Source of the DNA: Candidatus Poribacteria bacterium
GTDB taxonomy: Bacteria > Poribacteria > WGA-4E > WGA-3G
DNA length: 64,000 nucleotides
Assembly: GCA_965215265.1 (NCBI GenBank)
Contig: OZ244048.1
Location: 512,001-576,000, forward strand
Direction: 5' to 3'
Shown: piece after piece, positions 30,728-42,382 of the stretch
Position numbering within the stretch: position 1 is the first letter of the stretch
Layout of the letters: each line of letters starts with the position of its first letter
Program-made: the position numbers and the translations under genes
The notes under the pieces: model-generated
What the model was told of the DNA's origin: nothing
What the model saw: only the letters and a program-made list of their open reading frames with translations
Database searches by the model: none

Positions 30728-33700
30728 ATGTCTTCTTTGTCTCGTTCAAAACAGGACGTTTTTGTATTATGTGCAACCGTCTTGACGCTTCTCACTTTCA
30801 TAGTTTCTTCCATCGCACAAACACAGAAGAGCACCGACCTGATTGAGCAAGCAATCCGACATCAGAATTTAGGGTTGGCCTACCTTGAAGAATCCCAACC
30901 CTCCAAGGCAGTAGAGGTATTTGAATCCCTGGTTGAACTTTTACCTGATGAGGCAATCGGCTATGGTAACCTAGCTGTCGCGCACCTGCGATTACAGCAG
31001 GCAGCGGCCGCCGAGTCCGCGGTAAAACGCGGCATTCTAGTAGCACCTATGAATAGCCAGTTGCACTTTATCTTGTCGGAAATCTATCAGTTACAAGGGA
31101 AAAGCACGGAAGCGATTGAAGCCATGACGGAAGCCGTCCGGCTCGCTCCAGAGGAATTGGAGTTTCGATACAAACTGGCGCGCCACTATCTCGGACAGCG
31201 GAATAATCCGGATGCTCTACAAAACGCAGTACAGCACTTAAAGGTACTACACACCCTATCACCCGCCAATATTGTCATACTTCTAAAACTAACGCAGGCA
31301 CTTTTGGCACGACCGGATGTAACGCTTCCCGAAGTAAAAGACCTCTGCATGGAATTGAATACACTCTTATGGGATACAGATCCGGAAAAACTAAAATATC
31401 TCACGAACGGAATCGCTATGATTGAGCAAGCGGACATCAAAACGGCGGCGCGCAATATCCGAATTTTTGAGAACGTCCACCGCGCAACACCGCGATACCA
31501 GCAAGGCATCGGCGAATTGGTGACAGACATCTTGGGACATCCCATCGAGACATTTAGCACCGGTTTCAAAGCCAGATTTATTGCTAAACAGACCCAACCG
31601 ATCCCCGTGCAATTTGTTGATGTCACGCCAGATATCGGGCTTGATGACGTGCGAATGCAAACCGAAAACCCGGCGCTTTTTCTTATTGACTACGATGGCG
31701 ATGGACAGTTAGACCTTTACGTGTCCCCGCTCGGTAGGCTCTTTCGTAATGATGGCGAGAAGTTTATCCAGGTCCAACAATTTCCTGCGGACGTTTCACA
31801 GCCGCATAGAGCTGCTTTCGCAGATCTGGATAAAGATGGAATACAAGAACTCCTCTTGCAAACCCCAAGCGGCATCGCACGCTTAGAGCAGACTGAAGAG
31901 GGGAACTGGATTGCCGCTGAAATCGTGCAATATGCGAATGAGGACAAAGCAGATGCACCTAACCTCTTATTACCCGTTGATTACGACCATGATGGAGATC
32001 TTGACCTGTTCTCGAGTCGCACCAGCGTTGAGATGTATCGAAATAACGCCGATGGCACGTTCATTGATGTAACGGAGCAAACCTTTCTGACTGCGAATAG
32101 GATTAGCCAAGATGAATATGGGGCAACAGATGCACAATTTGCTGATTTTGATGACGATGGAGACATTGATATATTCATTATCCACAACGAAACTGGATGC
32201 ACCTTGTGGGACAACCTCCGCCAAGGCAGACTCCGCGCCCTATCAGATGAAACCGGAATTCCACAGGAACCTCGCTATACTGCACTTGCCACCGCCGATT
32301 ATGACAACGATAGAAATGTTGATCTTTTCTTAACCACGCAGTCCGGAAGCCACCTCTACCGCAATAGAGGTGATGGCAGTTTTGTACCTGATACACGCTC
32401 ACAGATACTAAATAACATAAGTGGACGCGATGCACATTTTTTCGATTACGATAACGACGGCTTTCTCGATTTGTGGGTTCTCGCAGAAGACAAACTCTAC
32501 TTATTTCGGAACGACGGCACTGGACAATTCACCGCGCCTTCCGATTTACTTGCTGGATACGCTGGAGGCGTAACTGGGACCGTCGGTGATGCCGATAATG
32601 ATGGAGATATTGAGATTTTTTTTATCAATACCGGAGGACAACTGCGCTCCCTCCAAAACAGGGGCGGCAACCTAAATAATTGGATACAGGTGAAACTGGA
32701 AGGTATCACTGCAGGAAACAATAAAATTAATAGAGATGCACTCGGCTCAAAACTAGAGGTTAAGGTCGGCGATCTGTATCAATTGCAGTACGTTTCACAA
32801 CCTGTTTCGCACTTTGGAATCGGCACATTTGACAAAGCCGATGTCGTTCGTGTTGTCTGGACAAACGGCGTGCCGCAAAACGTTATCACACCCAAAGCGA
32901 AGCAGCGGATTCTAGAGAAGCAGATACTCAAAGGGTCTTGCCCGTTTTTGTACGTTTACGACGGAGAACGATATCAATTTGCCACTGACTTACTCTGGCG
33001 TGCCCCGCTTGGACTAATTACCTCCATGGGGTTTGTTGCACCAGATGAGACAAAAGATTTCGTCAAAATCCCGGGGGCGCGTATACAACCTAAGTCAGGA
33101 AAATACACCCTGCAAATCACGGAGGAACTCTGGGAGACTGCCTATTTCGATATAGTCAAGTTGATAGCCGTTGACCATCCCGTAGGCACCGACATCTTCG
33201 TCAACGAACAGTACACGCCGCCACCGTTTGCAGAATTTACGGTTTACGGTGTCGCCGAGAAACGACACCCTAAAGCTGCCTTTACGCATCAAGGCGAGGA
33301 AGTTTCCGAGGCGTTGCGCACATTTGATTATCGCTATCCCGTTGAACACGCACCGGGCATCCATCAAGGCGTTGTGAAGCCACATGCCATCATTCTGGAC
33401 TTAGGAGATGTCCCAAATGACATGCCGCTCACACTTTTCCTAACAGGCTGGATTTTCCCAACGGATACCAGCATCAACGTCTCACTTTTCCAGAATCCAT
33501 CTATAAGTCCGCGTTTTCCGTCAATTGCGGTGAAGAATGAAGCAGGAGAATGGCAAACCGTGATCGATATGATAGGCTTGCCAGCTGGGAAAAACAAGAC
33601 GATAACCGTGGATCTGACTGGCAAATTTCTATCTAATGATAGGCACGTTCGGATTGAAACAGATCTGCAGATTTATTGGGATGCGGCGTTTTTTACACTT

Positions 33701-34225
33701 GGACAACAGAATGTCCCCATGCAAATCACGGAGCTTAATCCAGATAGTGCCAACCTCCATTACCGCGGGTTTTCTGAGATGTACCGCCCAACACCTCATG
33801 CTCCCCATCTCTTTGACTACGATAAAGTGACAACAGCCGCACAGTGGCGAGACCTTGAGGGCTATTATACCCGCTACGGAGATGTCACACCTTTATTGCA
33901 AGAGATTGACGATATGTACGTCATCCTCAACGCAGGAGATGAAATCACCGTTCAATTTGATGAAATGCACTTACCGCGACTAAAAACTGGATGGACGCGA
34001 GACTTTATTCTCTTCAGCGACGGGTGGGATAAAGATGGAGACATCAATACGCTCACATCGCAGACGGTTGAACCATTGCCGTTTCACGGAATGTCTGTCT
34101 ATCCGTATCCAGAGACCGAAAGGTACCCGGACGATGTCGAACATCGACGATATAGGCTTGAATACAATACGCGGCGTGTCATGCATCGGTTACCCTTGTT
34201 GCAGAAAATTCAAAAATCGGAGTAA
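30728..34225 (+). CDS. Secreted TPR + FG-GAP repeat + ASPIC/UnbV (CRTAC1-like) protein
   Basis: Signal-like N-terminus, TPRs, many DxDxDG.LDL..FRN repeats, HFGIG..VVWTNG and KGSCPFLY. Confidence 0.85.
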   Translation: MSSLSRSKQDVFVLCATVLTLLTFIVSSIAQTQKSTDLIEQAIRHQNLGLAYLEESQPSKAVEVFESLVELLPDEAIGYGNLAVAHLRLQQAAAAESAVKRGILVAPMNSQLHFILSEIYQLQGKSTEAIEAMTEAVRLAPEELEFRYKLARHYLGQRNNPDALQNAVQHLKVLHTLSPANIVILLKLTQALLARPDVTLPEVKDLCMELNTLLWDTDPEKLKYLTNGIAMIEQADIKTAARNIRIFENVHRATPRYQQGIGELVTDILGHPIETFSTGFKARFIAKQTQPIPVQFVDVTPDIGLDDVRMQTENPALFLIDYDGDGQLDLYVSPLGRLFRNDGEKFIQVQQFPADVSQPHRAAFADLDKDGIQELLLQTPSGIARLEQTEEGNWIAAEIVQYANEDKADAPNLLLPVDYDHDGDLDLFSSRTSVEMYRNNADGTFIDVTEQTFLTANRISQDEYGATDAQFADFDDDGDIDIFIIHNETGCTLWDNLRQGRLRALSDETGIPQEPRYTALATADYDNDRNVDLFLTTQSGSHLYRNRGDGSFVPDTRSQILNNISGRDAHFFDYDNDGFLDLWVLAEDKLYLFRNDGTGQFTAPSDLLAGYAGGVTGTVGDADNDGDIEIFFINTGGQLRSLQNRGGNLNNWIQVKLEGITAGNNKINRDALGSKLEVKVGDLYQLQYVSQPVSHFGIGTFDKADVVRVVWTNGVPQNVITPKAKQRILEKQILKGSCPFLYVYDGERYQFATDLLWRAPLGLITSMGFVAPDETKDFVKIPGARIQPKSGKYTLQITEELWETAYFDIVKLIAVDHPVGTDIFVNEQYTPPPFAEFTVYGVAEKRHPKAAFTHQGEEVSEALRTFDYRYPVEHAPGIHQGVVKPHAIILDLGDVPNDMPLTLFLTGWIFPTDTSINVSLFQNPSISPRFPSIAVKNEAGEWQTVIDMIGLPAGKNKTITVDLTGKFLSNDRHVRIETDLQIYWDAAFFTLGQQNVPMQITELNPDSANLHYRGFSEMYRPTPHAPHLFDYDKVTTAAQWRDLEGYYTRYGDVTPLLQEIDDMYVILNAGDEITVQFDEMHLPRLKTGWTRDFILFSDGWDKDGDINTLTSQTVEPLPFHGMSVYPYPETERYPDDVEHRRYRLEYNTRRVMHRLPLLQKIQKSE

Positions 34226-34258
34226 TCCGTATTTGCAAGTTATAATCCGCATTCTCGC

Positions 34259-35431
34259 TTATTCTTGCAGTTCAATCTCCCCAATTTGACGCAACGGGAA
34301 ATATAGAACACAAGTAGCAATAACCAAGATACTAGCCAAAACTACGTACGGAGAAAATTCTTTTTCATAGAGCCAACCGCCGAGTAGTGGTCCCAGGATA
34401 CGTCCAAAACTTAAGAAGGCATCCATAATCCCGATTGCAGTGCCGTGTCCGATTCGAGTCTGCTTAGAAATCCACGACGTATTGGTAGGGCGAATGAGTT
34501 GGTTACCAATGCCTGTTATCGTTAGGTATACCGTAAGAGTCAAAAATGCACGCGCGCGCGGTAGCAGGAGCATCCCTAATGCGTTGAGCAACATCCCCGC
34601 GAGGATGAGCTTGCGTTCACCGAACCAATTAATCAGCCTACCGAGTAAGCCGCCTTGTAACGGTACAACCACTGCACCCATTATCATGAACATCCACCCC
34701 AACTCTCTCTGCCCGTAATCCCAACCCTTTTCAATAAAAAGCGGAAACGTCGCTTCCAGTCCAGCAAAACTGAAGGTTGTGAAGAAAGCAACGAGAAAGA
34801 GTGAATTAAAGGGAGATTTCAACGTTGTCCACCGGAGGATTTCTCGAGGTTCTACCCATTCGTGCACCGGTTCCTTACGGGTGTGCTGCTGGAGGGATTC
34901 CGGCAATAAAATTGACGCAAATAGAAAGGTAAGCAACGACAAACCACCCGCGACAAAGAACGGTAGATCATGCCGTCCCAACACACCCCCAATCGCTGGA
35001 CCGAGGATAAACCCGAGCCCTATCGCGGCTCCCATCAACCCCATGCCCTTGCCACGTTCTTCTTCTTTTGTCACATCGGCGACATAAGCCATCACAGTCG
35101 GCAGCACTGCCGCGGCAGCGATGCCGGCACCGCTGCGTGCAATAAAGAGCAAGAAGTAACTTTTAGCCAGACCGAAACCGGTGAGGGTAACCGCGTTACC
35201 TAGTAAGCCTATAAGAATCAGAGGTTTTCTACCGTATCGATCGGATAATCTACCCAACGCTGGGGCAAACAGCAATTGCATGCCTGAATAGACAGATAGC
35301 AGCACGGCAATTTCGGTCGGTGTCGCGCCAATGTCCTCAGCATAATAGGCAAGATTAGGAATGATGATGCCGAACCCGAGCATCACGAAAAATTGGGTTA
35401 AGAACAGCAGAAGGAGTCGCGGTTTTTCCAT
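34259..35431 (-). CDS. MFS transporter (TetA/DHA1-like)
   Basis: GRLSDRYGRKP motif A, AYVADVT..ERGKGMG and GFILGPAIGG motif C. Confidence 0.9.
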   Translation of the reverse strand: MEKPRLLLLFLTQFFVMLGFGIIIPNLAYYAEDIGATPTEIAVLLSVYSGMQLLFAPALGRLSDRYGRKPLILIGLLGNAVTLTGFGLAKSYFLLFIARSGAGIAAAAVLPTVMAYVADVTKEEERGKGMGLMGAAIGLGFILGPAIGGVLGRHDLPFFVAGGLSLLTFLFASILLPESLQQHTRKEPVHEWVEPREILRWTTLKSPFNSLFLVAFFTTFSFAGLEATFPLFIEKGWDYGQRELGWMFMIMGAVVVPLQGGLLGRLINWFGERKLILAGMLLNALGMLLLPRARAFLTLTVYLTITGIGNQLIRPTNTSWISKQTRIGHGTAIGIMDAFLSFGRILGPLLGGWLYEKEFSPYVVLASILVIATCVLYFPLRQIGEIELQE

Positions 35432-35721
35432 AGAAAGAAGATGTCGTCCCAGAACAGTTTTAGAGGATATCTATCTATTATAGCAAGTTTGATGAGGGAT
35501 GTCAACGTTAAAATTGCCTCACTTACCCTCATTTTTTTTTGAGAGTCGTCTGTGTATGATATTGTTAGGTTTGTGTGTGAGAAAAGCAGTGCTATTATGT
35601 GAAGTCAGAATGGATCTCCTCTCTGGTGGCTCTGCGTGAAAAACGAAATAAGAAACGGTTGATTCCATAAATCCGTGAGAAAGGGCTTGACAATTCGGCA
35701 AAAATTTTCTATACTTGAGAT

Positions 35722-36212
35722 ATGCAAAGTCGCACCAGCGAGATACTCGTCTATACTACGCCAAGCGGACTTAGTCCTTATCGGCAGTGATACACGCGGA
35801 TTAAAGATGAAAAGGCAAAGATAAATATCTCTCATAGAATTGGACTTTACGAGCAGGTAACTTTGGCGATTTCAAGCAACTGAGCGCGGATTTATATGAA
35901 TGGAGAATCTACTACGTCCCTGGATACCGGGTTTATTTCTGCGTGTTTCGAACCACAGTTATTCTGCTTTGTGGCGGAACGAAACGCACACAACAGCAAG
36001 ACATTGCCAGAACACAAAACTATTGGAACGACTTCTTAGAACACAGGAAGGAACAAGGAGAAGGAATACCGAAACCAGGCTTCAGAAGTGCACAGTGCCT
36101 TTCAATCCCACTCTTCTTAAAGAGCTTGCTGAACTGGGGTTTGCAAAAGGTTATCAGAATCTTGCTTATCTTCTTCGTGTCAAACATCTATTGCAATTGG
36201 ATAAAACGTTAG
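35722..36212 (+). pseudogene. Degraded RelE/ParE-superfamily addiction module killer toxin
   Basis: MQSRTSEILVYTTPSGLSPYRQ*YTRIKDEKAKINISHRI, then a frameshift, then RAGNFGDFKQL..LYEWRIYYVPGYRVYF..ILLCGGTKRTQQQDIAR. TGA at 35788, frameshift near 35842; promoter TTGACA-17-TATACT at 35687-35715. Confidence 0.75.
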
Positions 36213-36308
36213 ATATTCTCTCAGGGTTAAAGGAGTGCCGCCGCACACATCCGGCTGAGGAAATGCGTTCTGTGGCACATGAAAAATCTGGACATTCGGA
36301 GGAACACG

Positions 36309-38121
36309 ATGAAAATCAGCCCTGTTAAAGGGAGAGCGATGCTTCATTGGGTGGGCAAACGTCCCCTCGAGACGGTGAGCAACTATCCCGCCCAATTGGT
36401 GGAAACTTGTAACGTTGAAAACCCAGAGAAAGAGCCGCTATATGATAGATTTTTGGAGGGGCCGAACCTTCTCTTTCACGGGGATAACAAGGAAATTCTC
36501 TCCACCTTACTTGTCAACGGCTTCCGTGGCAAGGTAGATCTCATCTACATTGACCCACCATTTGCTAGTGGTGCGGACTATGTCCGAAAGGTGAAACTCC
36601 GCGGCATTAGAGGGACTATCCTGAGTGAAGGTGCTGGGAACCCAGGTGGGAGTAGGGGGGGGTAAACCGGCTTCTTTAACAGGCGAAGGCCCCTCCATTA
36701 TTGAACAGACACAATACACCGACATCTGGGCAAACGATAACTATCTCCAGTTCATGTTTGAGCGGCTTATCTTGATGCGCGAACTGCTGTCGATTGCGGG
36801 TTCTATCTACCTACACTGTGACCCAACGATGAGTCATTATCTGAAACTGATTATGGATGAAATTTTCGGCAAAGATTCATTTCGAAATGAAATCATTTGG
36901 ACTTATAATCGCTTTTCCCGAAAATCAGATAAGCAGTTCGCACGCATGAATGACATCATCCTTTTTTACTCAAAATCGGATGAAAACTTTTTTCATGTTC
37001 AGCATACCCAAAGCAGAGATTCGAGAAGGTATGAGAAAGGTTGGCATACTGTTACCGATAGTGGCGTGACAAAACTACTAGTCTATGACATGGAAAAAGT
37101 TAAACGGGCGGGTATCGATTTAAGTCAATATGATAAGGTGGTTGAAACAGAAGCACGGAAATCTGCTATGGGACAAGTCTGGAGTGACATTTCAATTCTT
37201 AATCCACAGTCAAATGAACGTGTGGATTATCCGACTCAAAAACCTGGAGTCCTAATAGAACGTATCATCAAAGCGTCAAGCAACGAAGACTCCATCGTGC
37301 TTGATTGCTTCGTGGGCAGTGGCACCACCGCAGTCGCCGCTGAAAAACTCCGCAGACGCTGGATTGCCGCAGATCTGAACAGAGGGGCCATACAGACGAC
37401 AATGAAACGCATCCAGACAACTATTGCCGAACACCGCGGAATCGCTCACTATCGCATCAATAACTATCACTTTAGCGAACAACAGGAACTTCGCAGGCTC
37501 CTCATCGAAAAGTATGGTGTCGAAACCGACAAGAAGGACCGCTTCTTTGACGGCACCGTAGAGGGGACGCTTGTCAAAATCGTTGAGCTGACGAAACCGC
37601 TCACCCGATTAGATATTCAGCTTATCAAAGACGAACTGCAGCACCGCCCTGATGAGACGCGCTCGGTGACGGTGCTCTGCAACGGTAGCGAGCTGGGAAT
37701 ACAAGCCGAACTTGACGCAGAAAACAAGCATCACCCGATTAATCAACTCATCGTGCGGGACATCCAACGCGACGGTGTCACCACCTTCGCCCCTGCCGAA
37801 GCAGAAGTTGCCTTCAAAAGAGACGGGCAGCACGTCACCATCACCCTCGTAGATTATATCAGTCCGAGCCTCTTAGGGCGTTTGGAGATAGCCCGCACCC
37901 TCTTTGACGAACAAGTTGATGATTTCCGTGCGCAGATTGATTGCGTGCTCATGGATACGGACTACAACGGCACGCATTTCAGAATCGTTGAGAGTGATGT
38001 GCCGGAGAAGCAGAGCGATTTTATCAAGGGCCAATACACGGTAGTGCTGCCGCGCCGTGATGCCCGCGTTGCCATCAAGATTATTGATATGCTGGGTGAG
38101 GAAACCGTGGTAACAGAATAA
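36309..38121 (+). pseudogene. Site-specific N6/N4 DNA methyltransferase (Mod-like, beta class) split by a frameshift at a G8 tract
   Basis: First frame has LFHGDN and LIYIDPPF. Second frame has SIYLHCD, NEIIW, YPTQKP and DCFVGSGTT. G8 run at 36655-36662 lies at the junction. Confidence 0.85.
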
Positions 38122-38604
38122 ACAGTTCTGGGGCTATAAACGTCCTACTTTTCGTATCTCTCCGTACCGTCAACGCTTATGTCATGAATACTCGTGTGTA
38201 AATCTCGTCGGAGGGTTCCGATGTTTAGATTCAAAACAGAGAGACTCCGACGAGATTTGAAAAAGAATTATCACACCATCCGGCGTTAACGTGCTGCAGT
38301 ATACAAAAACCAGTCTTTATATCTCGGCATCCGTGTTCAATCTGCATGCATCTGAGGTATTTTATCATAAACCGACTGCTTTTCTCACGCTTTTCCAAAC
38401 AAAAACCTTTCACCACAAACCTTCAAAAAAAGAGGGGTAAGTGACTAAAATTGCATGCAATGCTGCCGGGGCATGCCGATGAAATCCTTCTGAAATTTTT
38501 ATGGACATTTATACACGATTTCTGCTATAATAGCAATTATCAAATTCACTTTCACCCGTCTTCATAAACTCAAGCAATTATAACCGAATTAAAGTGGTGT
38601 CCTC

Positions 38605-41600
38605 ATGTCTTCAGAATTTGTTCATTTACATAATCATAGCGAATATAGTATGCTGGATGGTGCCTGCCGGATTGCAGACATGGTGCAGTGGGCGGTCGAA
38701 AACAGCGCGCCCGCTGTTGCTTTGACTGACCACGGGAATATGTTCGGGGCATTGGAACTGTACACCAAGGCGAAAGAAGCCGGTGTCAACCCTATTGTTG
38801 GATGCGAGGTGTATGTTGCACCCGGCAACAGAAAAACTCGAGGCAAAGCACAAGGGGGACCGTACCATCTCACGCTTCTTGCGGAGGATGCTAGCGGCTA
38901 TCGCAACCTCCTTGAATTGGTATCGCTCGGTTATACCGAAGGATTCTACGGTAAACCGCGCATTGACATGGAAATCCTCCGCGAATACCACGGCGGAATT
39001 ATTGCACTCACCGGATGTATCCAAGGACAAGTCCCCCAACTCCTCTGCTCAAACAGAAAAGACGAGGGTATACGGAATTTCTTGGAATTACTTTCTATTA
39101 TGGGAGACCGGAACCTCTATGTTGAGGTTCAAAATCACTATATTGATAAAGAGATAGAGGCATACCCGGTCATGATGCAGTTGGCTAAGGAATATAACCT
39201 GCCGCTCGTCGGGACTAACGATTGCCACTATCTCCGAAAAACCGACCATCGCATGCACGATGTCCTTTTATGCATCCAGACGAAGAAAACAGTCAATGAC
39301 TCGCAGCGGCTGCGTTTCGACAACCATTTCTATTTTAAGAGTGTTGATGAGATGCGAGAAGTGCTTAAAGATTACCCGCCGGAAGCTATCAGCAATACCG
39401 TTGAAATTGCCAATCGCTGTAATCTTGTGCTTGATTACGGCGAAAGTGTGATGCCCAAATATGAGGTACCCGAAGGGCATACCAACCACAGTTATCTGAA
39501 GGAATTATGCTACGAAGGATTGCAGCGAAAATATGGGAGTGAACTCTCGGAACCGATTCGTGCACGGCTAGAACATGAACTGAATATCATCGAACAAACC
39601 GGCTACTCTGGTTACTTCTTGATTGTGTGGGACTACGTGAAATACGCGCATCGACAAGGGTATCCCCTCACCGCGCGCGGCTCTGCAGCAGGTTGTTTAG
39701 TGTTGTACGCACTTGACGTAATCACCTTCAACCCGATGGATTATGACTGCCTGTTTGAAAGATTCCTAAACCTTGAACGGGTCAGCCCGCCGGACATTGA
39801 TATTGACTTTGCCGACCGTGCACGCGGATATGTTATTGATTATTTGGTGAAAAAGTACGGCGAGGCATCTGTCGGAAAAGTTGCTACTTTTAGTACCTTA
39901 AGTGCAAAAGCGGCGATTGGTGATGTTGGGCGTGCGTTGGAAATGCCGAGGGAAGCTGTGAAAAAGTTGACAAGTCTGATTCCGAGCATTGTAGGGATTA
40001 CTCTTGATGATGTGTCGGAACAGGTGCCGGAGTTTCAAGCACTCGCCCAACGCCCTGAAAATGAAGAATTGATGACACTCAGCAAGGCCGTGGAAGGGAT
40101 GAAACGGCATGTTTCATGTCATGCGTCTGCTATTGTGGTTTCAAATGGACCCCTCGCAGATTATGTGCCACTCTTCAAGGATAAACATGGGCAAGTTGCA
40201 TCGCAGTTTGAACACAAAACCGTTGAAGATGTTGGCATCGTCAAATTTGATTTCCTTGGGGTGCGGAGCCTGACGGAGACATACGACTGTCTTAAGCTGA
40301 TTCGGGAGAATCATGGCAAGGAAATTAAGCTGGAAGAGATTCCGTTTGATGATAAAGCCACGTATTCGCTGATCGGCAAGGGGCTTATTGCTGGCTTATT
40401 TCAATTGGAAACTTCTTCTGGTATGTATAGAGTCGTCACCCAATTGAAACCGGATAATTTTGAAGAGTTTTCAGCGATTCCGGCACTCTTCCGTCCGGGT
40501 CCGCTTGAAAGCGGCACGATGCAGCAGTTCATAGATCGGAAAAACGGGCTTCAAAAGGCTGAGCCTATACATCCTTTGCTTTTTGATGCCCTCAAAAATA
40601 CGTACGGTGTTTGCGTCTATCAGGAACAGGTGATGCAAATTGCTCGTGATATGGCTGGATTCTCTCTGGGTGAGGCTGACATTCTCCGTTCCGCGATGGG
40701 GAAAAAGGATGAGACTTTGCTTGCTGCACAGCGCGATAAATTCGTTCAAGGTGCTACTCAAAAAGGCACGGCAAAGAGCGAGGCTGAAAAAATCTTCGAC
40801 CTGCTTGAGCCTTTTGCGGGCTATGCGTTCAACAAGTCGCATACTGTTGCCTATGCAATGTTAGCTTACCGAATGGCATATCTGAAAGTGCACTATCCGC
40901 ATGAATTCATGGCGGCTTTGATGACTGGTGAAGCCGGGGCATCGTCAAAAATTACGCGCTACCGCAACGAATGCGGCAAACTTGCTGACTTCTTGGACAT
41001 AGAAATCAACGTCCTTCCACCTGATGTTAATAGCAGTGATAAGGAATTTACCGTAAACGGGAACGATATCTGTTTTGGGTTAGTGGCTGTGAAAAGTGTG
41101 GGAGATGCAGCGATCGACGCGATTGTTAAAGAGAGGAAACAGAGCGGCTCATTTACATCACTACAAGATTTCTGTGAACGTGTGGATACGAAAGTAGTGA
41201 ATAAGCGCGCGATTGAGAGCCTCATTATGAGTGGGGCGTTTGATTCGCTTGATGGACACCGTGCACAACTCTGTGAGAATTTAGAGCGCGTCCTGAAAGC
41301 ATCACAAAGCACACAGGCTGAGCGCGCCCGTGGACAGATGAATTTGTTCGGCGACGTTGAGGAGCTCTCACCGAAGATGACTTTCGCAGACACGCAGGAA
41401 TGGGACATGTCTGAACGACTCAAGCATGAGAAAGAGCAACTCGGTTTCTACGTCTCCGGCCACCCTATTGAGGAATACGATGACATTATTGAGCACTTCA
41501 CTACAGTGAGTACACAAACCCTTTTTGAACCCACCTTGGGGACTGAGGTTTGCATGGCCGGTATGATTACAGAAGTGAAAGTTCATGTTACGAAAAAAGG

Positions 41601-42135
41601 CGATACCATGGCAATCGTAGGACTTGAGGATTTGGAAGGTAGCGTTGAAGTCGTAGTTTTTCCTGATGCCTATAAACGGTCAGCAGAAATGTTAACGGAG
41701 AGCAAAGTAGTATGGCTGCGTGGAACTGTCAACCAAGACAACCGAGATAACCGAAACAGCCGCAGCAGCGACGAGACCCAACAGGAAGTCCGTAAAATCC
41801 ATGCAGATTTGGTTACAGATATTAACGCTGTTATCGAAGATCAGACTTCCGCCATTGAAGTGACAATTCCTGAAAGGGATGTCGACAACGTCCCAAAATT
41901 GGAAGCACTTCAGAACATCGCACGTAACAACAAAGGCGATAACGACCTCATTCTTCACCTCATCAGTTCCCGCTATGGGGAAGTTGTCGCACAGTGTAGC
42001 TCTGACTATAGCATCGATTATGCACCACAGGTCATTAAACAGATTGAAGACTTATTCGGGCAAGATTGCATCAAACCGAGCAACCGGACTATTCGCCATC
42101 ATAAAGGGCGCGCATCACAAATGGATTACGTCTAG
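38605..42135 (+). CDS. dnaE: DNA polymerase III alpha subunit
   Basis: HLHNHSEYSMLDG PHP domain, FERFLN.ER..PDIDIDF, KFDFLG, YQEQVMQ, YAFNKSH and clamp motif QMNLF. Confidence 0.97.
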   Translation: MSSEFVHLHNHSEYSMLDGACRIADMVQWAVENSAPAVALTDHGNMFGALELYTKAKEAGVNPIVGCEVYVAPGNRKTRGKAQGGPYHLTLLAEDASGYRNLLELVSLGYTEGFYGKPRIDMEILREYHGGIIALTGCIQGQVPQLLCSNRKDEGIRNFLELLSIMGDRNLYVEVQNHYIDKEIEAYPVMMQLAKEYNLPLVGTNDCHYLRKTDHRMHDVLLCIQTKKTVNDSQRLRFDNHFYFKSVDEMREVLKDYPPEAISNTVEIANRCNLVLDYGESVMPKYEVPEGHTNHSYLKELCYEGLQRKYGSELSEPIRARLEHELNIIEQTGYSGYFLIVWDYVKYAHRQGYPLTARGSAAGCLVLYALDVITFNPMDYDCLFERFLNLERVSPPDIDIDFADRARGYVIDYLVKKYGEASVGKVATFSTLSAKAAIGDVGRALEMPREAVKKLTSLIPSIVGITLDDVSEQVPEFQALAQRPENEELMTLSKAVEGMKRHVSCHASAIVVSNGPLADYVPLFKDKHGQVASQFEHKTVEDVGIVKFDFLGVRSLTETYDCLKLIRENHGKEIKLEEIPFDDKATYSLIGKGLIAGLFQLETSSGMYRVVTQLKPDNFEEFSAIPALFRPGPLESGTMQQFIDRKNGLQKAEPIHPLLFDALKNTYGVCVYQEQVMQIARDMAGFSLGEADILRSAMGKKDETLLAAQRDKFVQGATQKGTAKSEAEKIFDLLEPFAGYAFNKSHTVAYAMLAYRMAYLKVHYPHEFMAALMTGEAGASSKITRYRNECGKLADFLDIEINVLPPDVNSSDKEFTVNGNDICFGLVAVKSVGDAAIDAIVKERKQSGSFTSLQDFCERVDTKVVNKRAIESLIMSGAFDSLDGHRAQLCENLERVLKASQSTQAERARGQMNLFGDVEELSPKMTFADTQEWDMSERLKHEKEQLGFYVSGHPIEEYDDIIEHFTTVSTQTLFEPTLGTEVCMAGMITEVKVHVTKKGDTMAIVGLEDLEGSVEVVVFPDAYKRSAEMLTESKVVWLRGTVNQDNRDNRNSRSSDETQQEVRKIHADLVTDINAVIEDQTSAIEVTIPERDVDNVPKLEALQNIARNNKGDNDLILHLISSRYGEVVAQCSSDYSIDYAPQVIKQIEDLFGQDCIKPSNRTIRHHKGRASQMDYV

Positions 42136-42213
42136 GAAAGTCTGTGGCATTCGTTCCGCACGCTACGGAGCCATCATAGAATGTCAGCTATAGATTGGCA
42201 AGATAAGGTTATC

Positions 42214-42346
42214 TTTGTCTCTCCTTGTAGGAGAGACAAGTGGCGAGATAGGTATTCTTTCTCTGTCCTTCAGGACAGAGAAGAAAGGGAATTCCTCCCC
42301 GCTTGCGGGGAGAACTTCCCTTCCCTTTTACTCGCCACCCACTGGG
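42214..42346. repeat. Composite palindromic repeat element (intergenic copy)
   Basis: Hairpins TTGTCTCTCCT/AGGAGAGACAA, CTCTGTCCT/AGGACAGAG and CCCCGC/GCGGGG; the last two are enclosed by GTGGCGAG...CTCGCCAC. The modules recur at 47.4, 48.6-49.1, 52.5 and 53.6 kb. Confidence 0.8.
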
Positions 42347-42382
42347 AATACCGAACTTGCCAACCCACTAGGGAGTTTTTTT

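Noticed and set aside
35900-36328. 142-aa ORF
   Set aside because: It is an alternative frame over the toxin pseudogene and has no motif.
42215-42382. N-terminal extension of the aldo/keto reductase ORF
   Set aside because: It is made of repeat-element sequence; the family-typical start is MQYRTLG at 42383.
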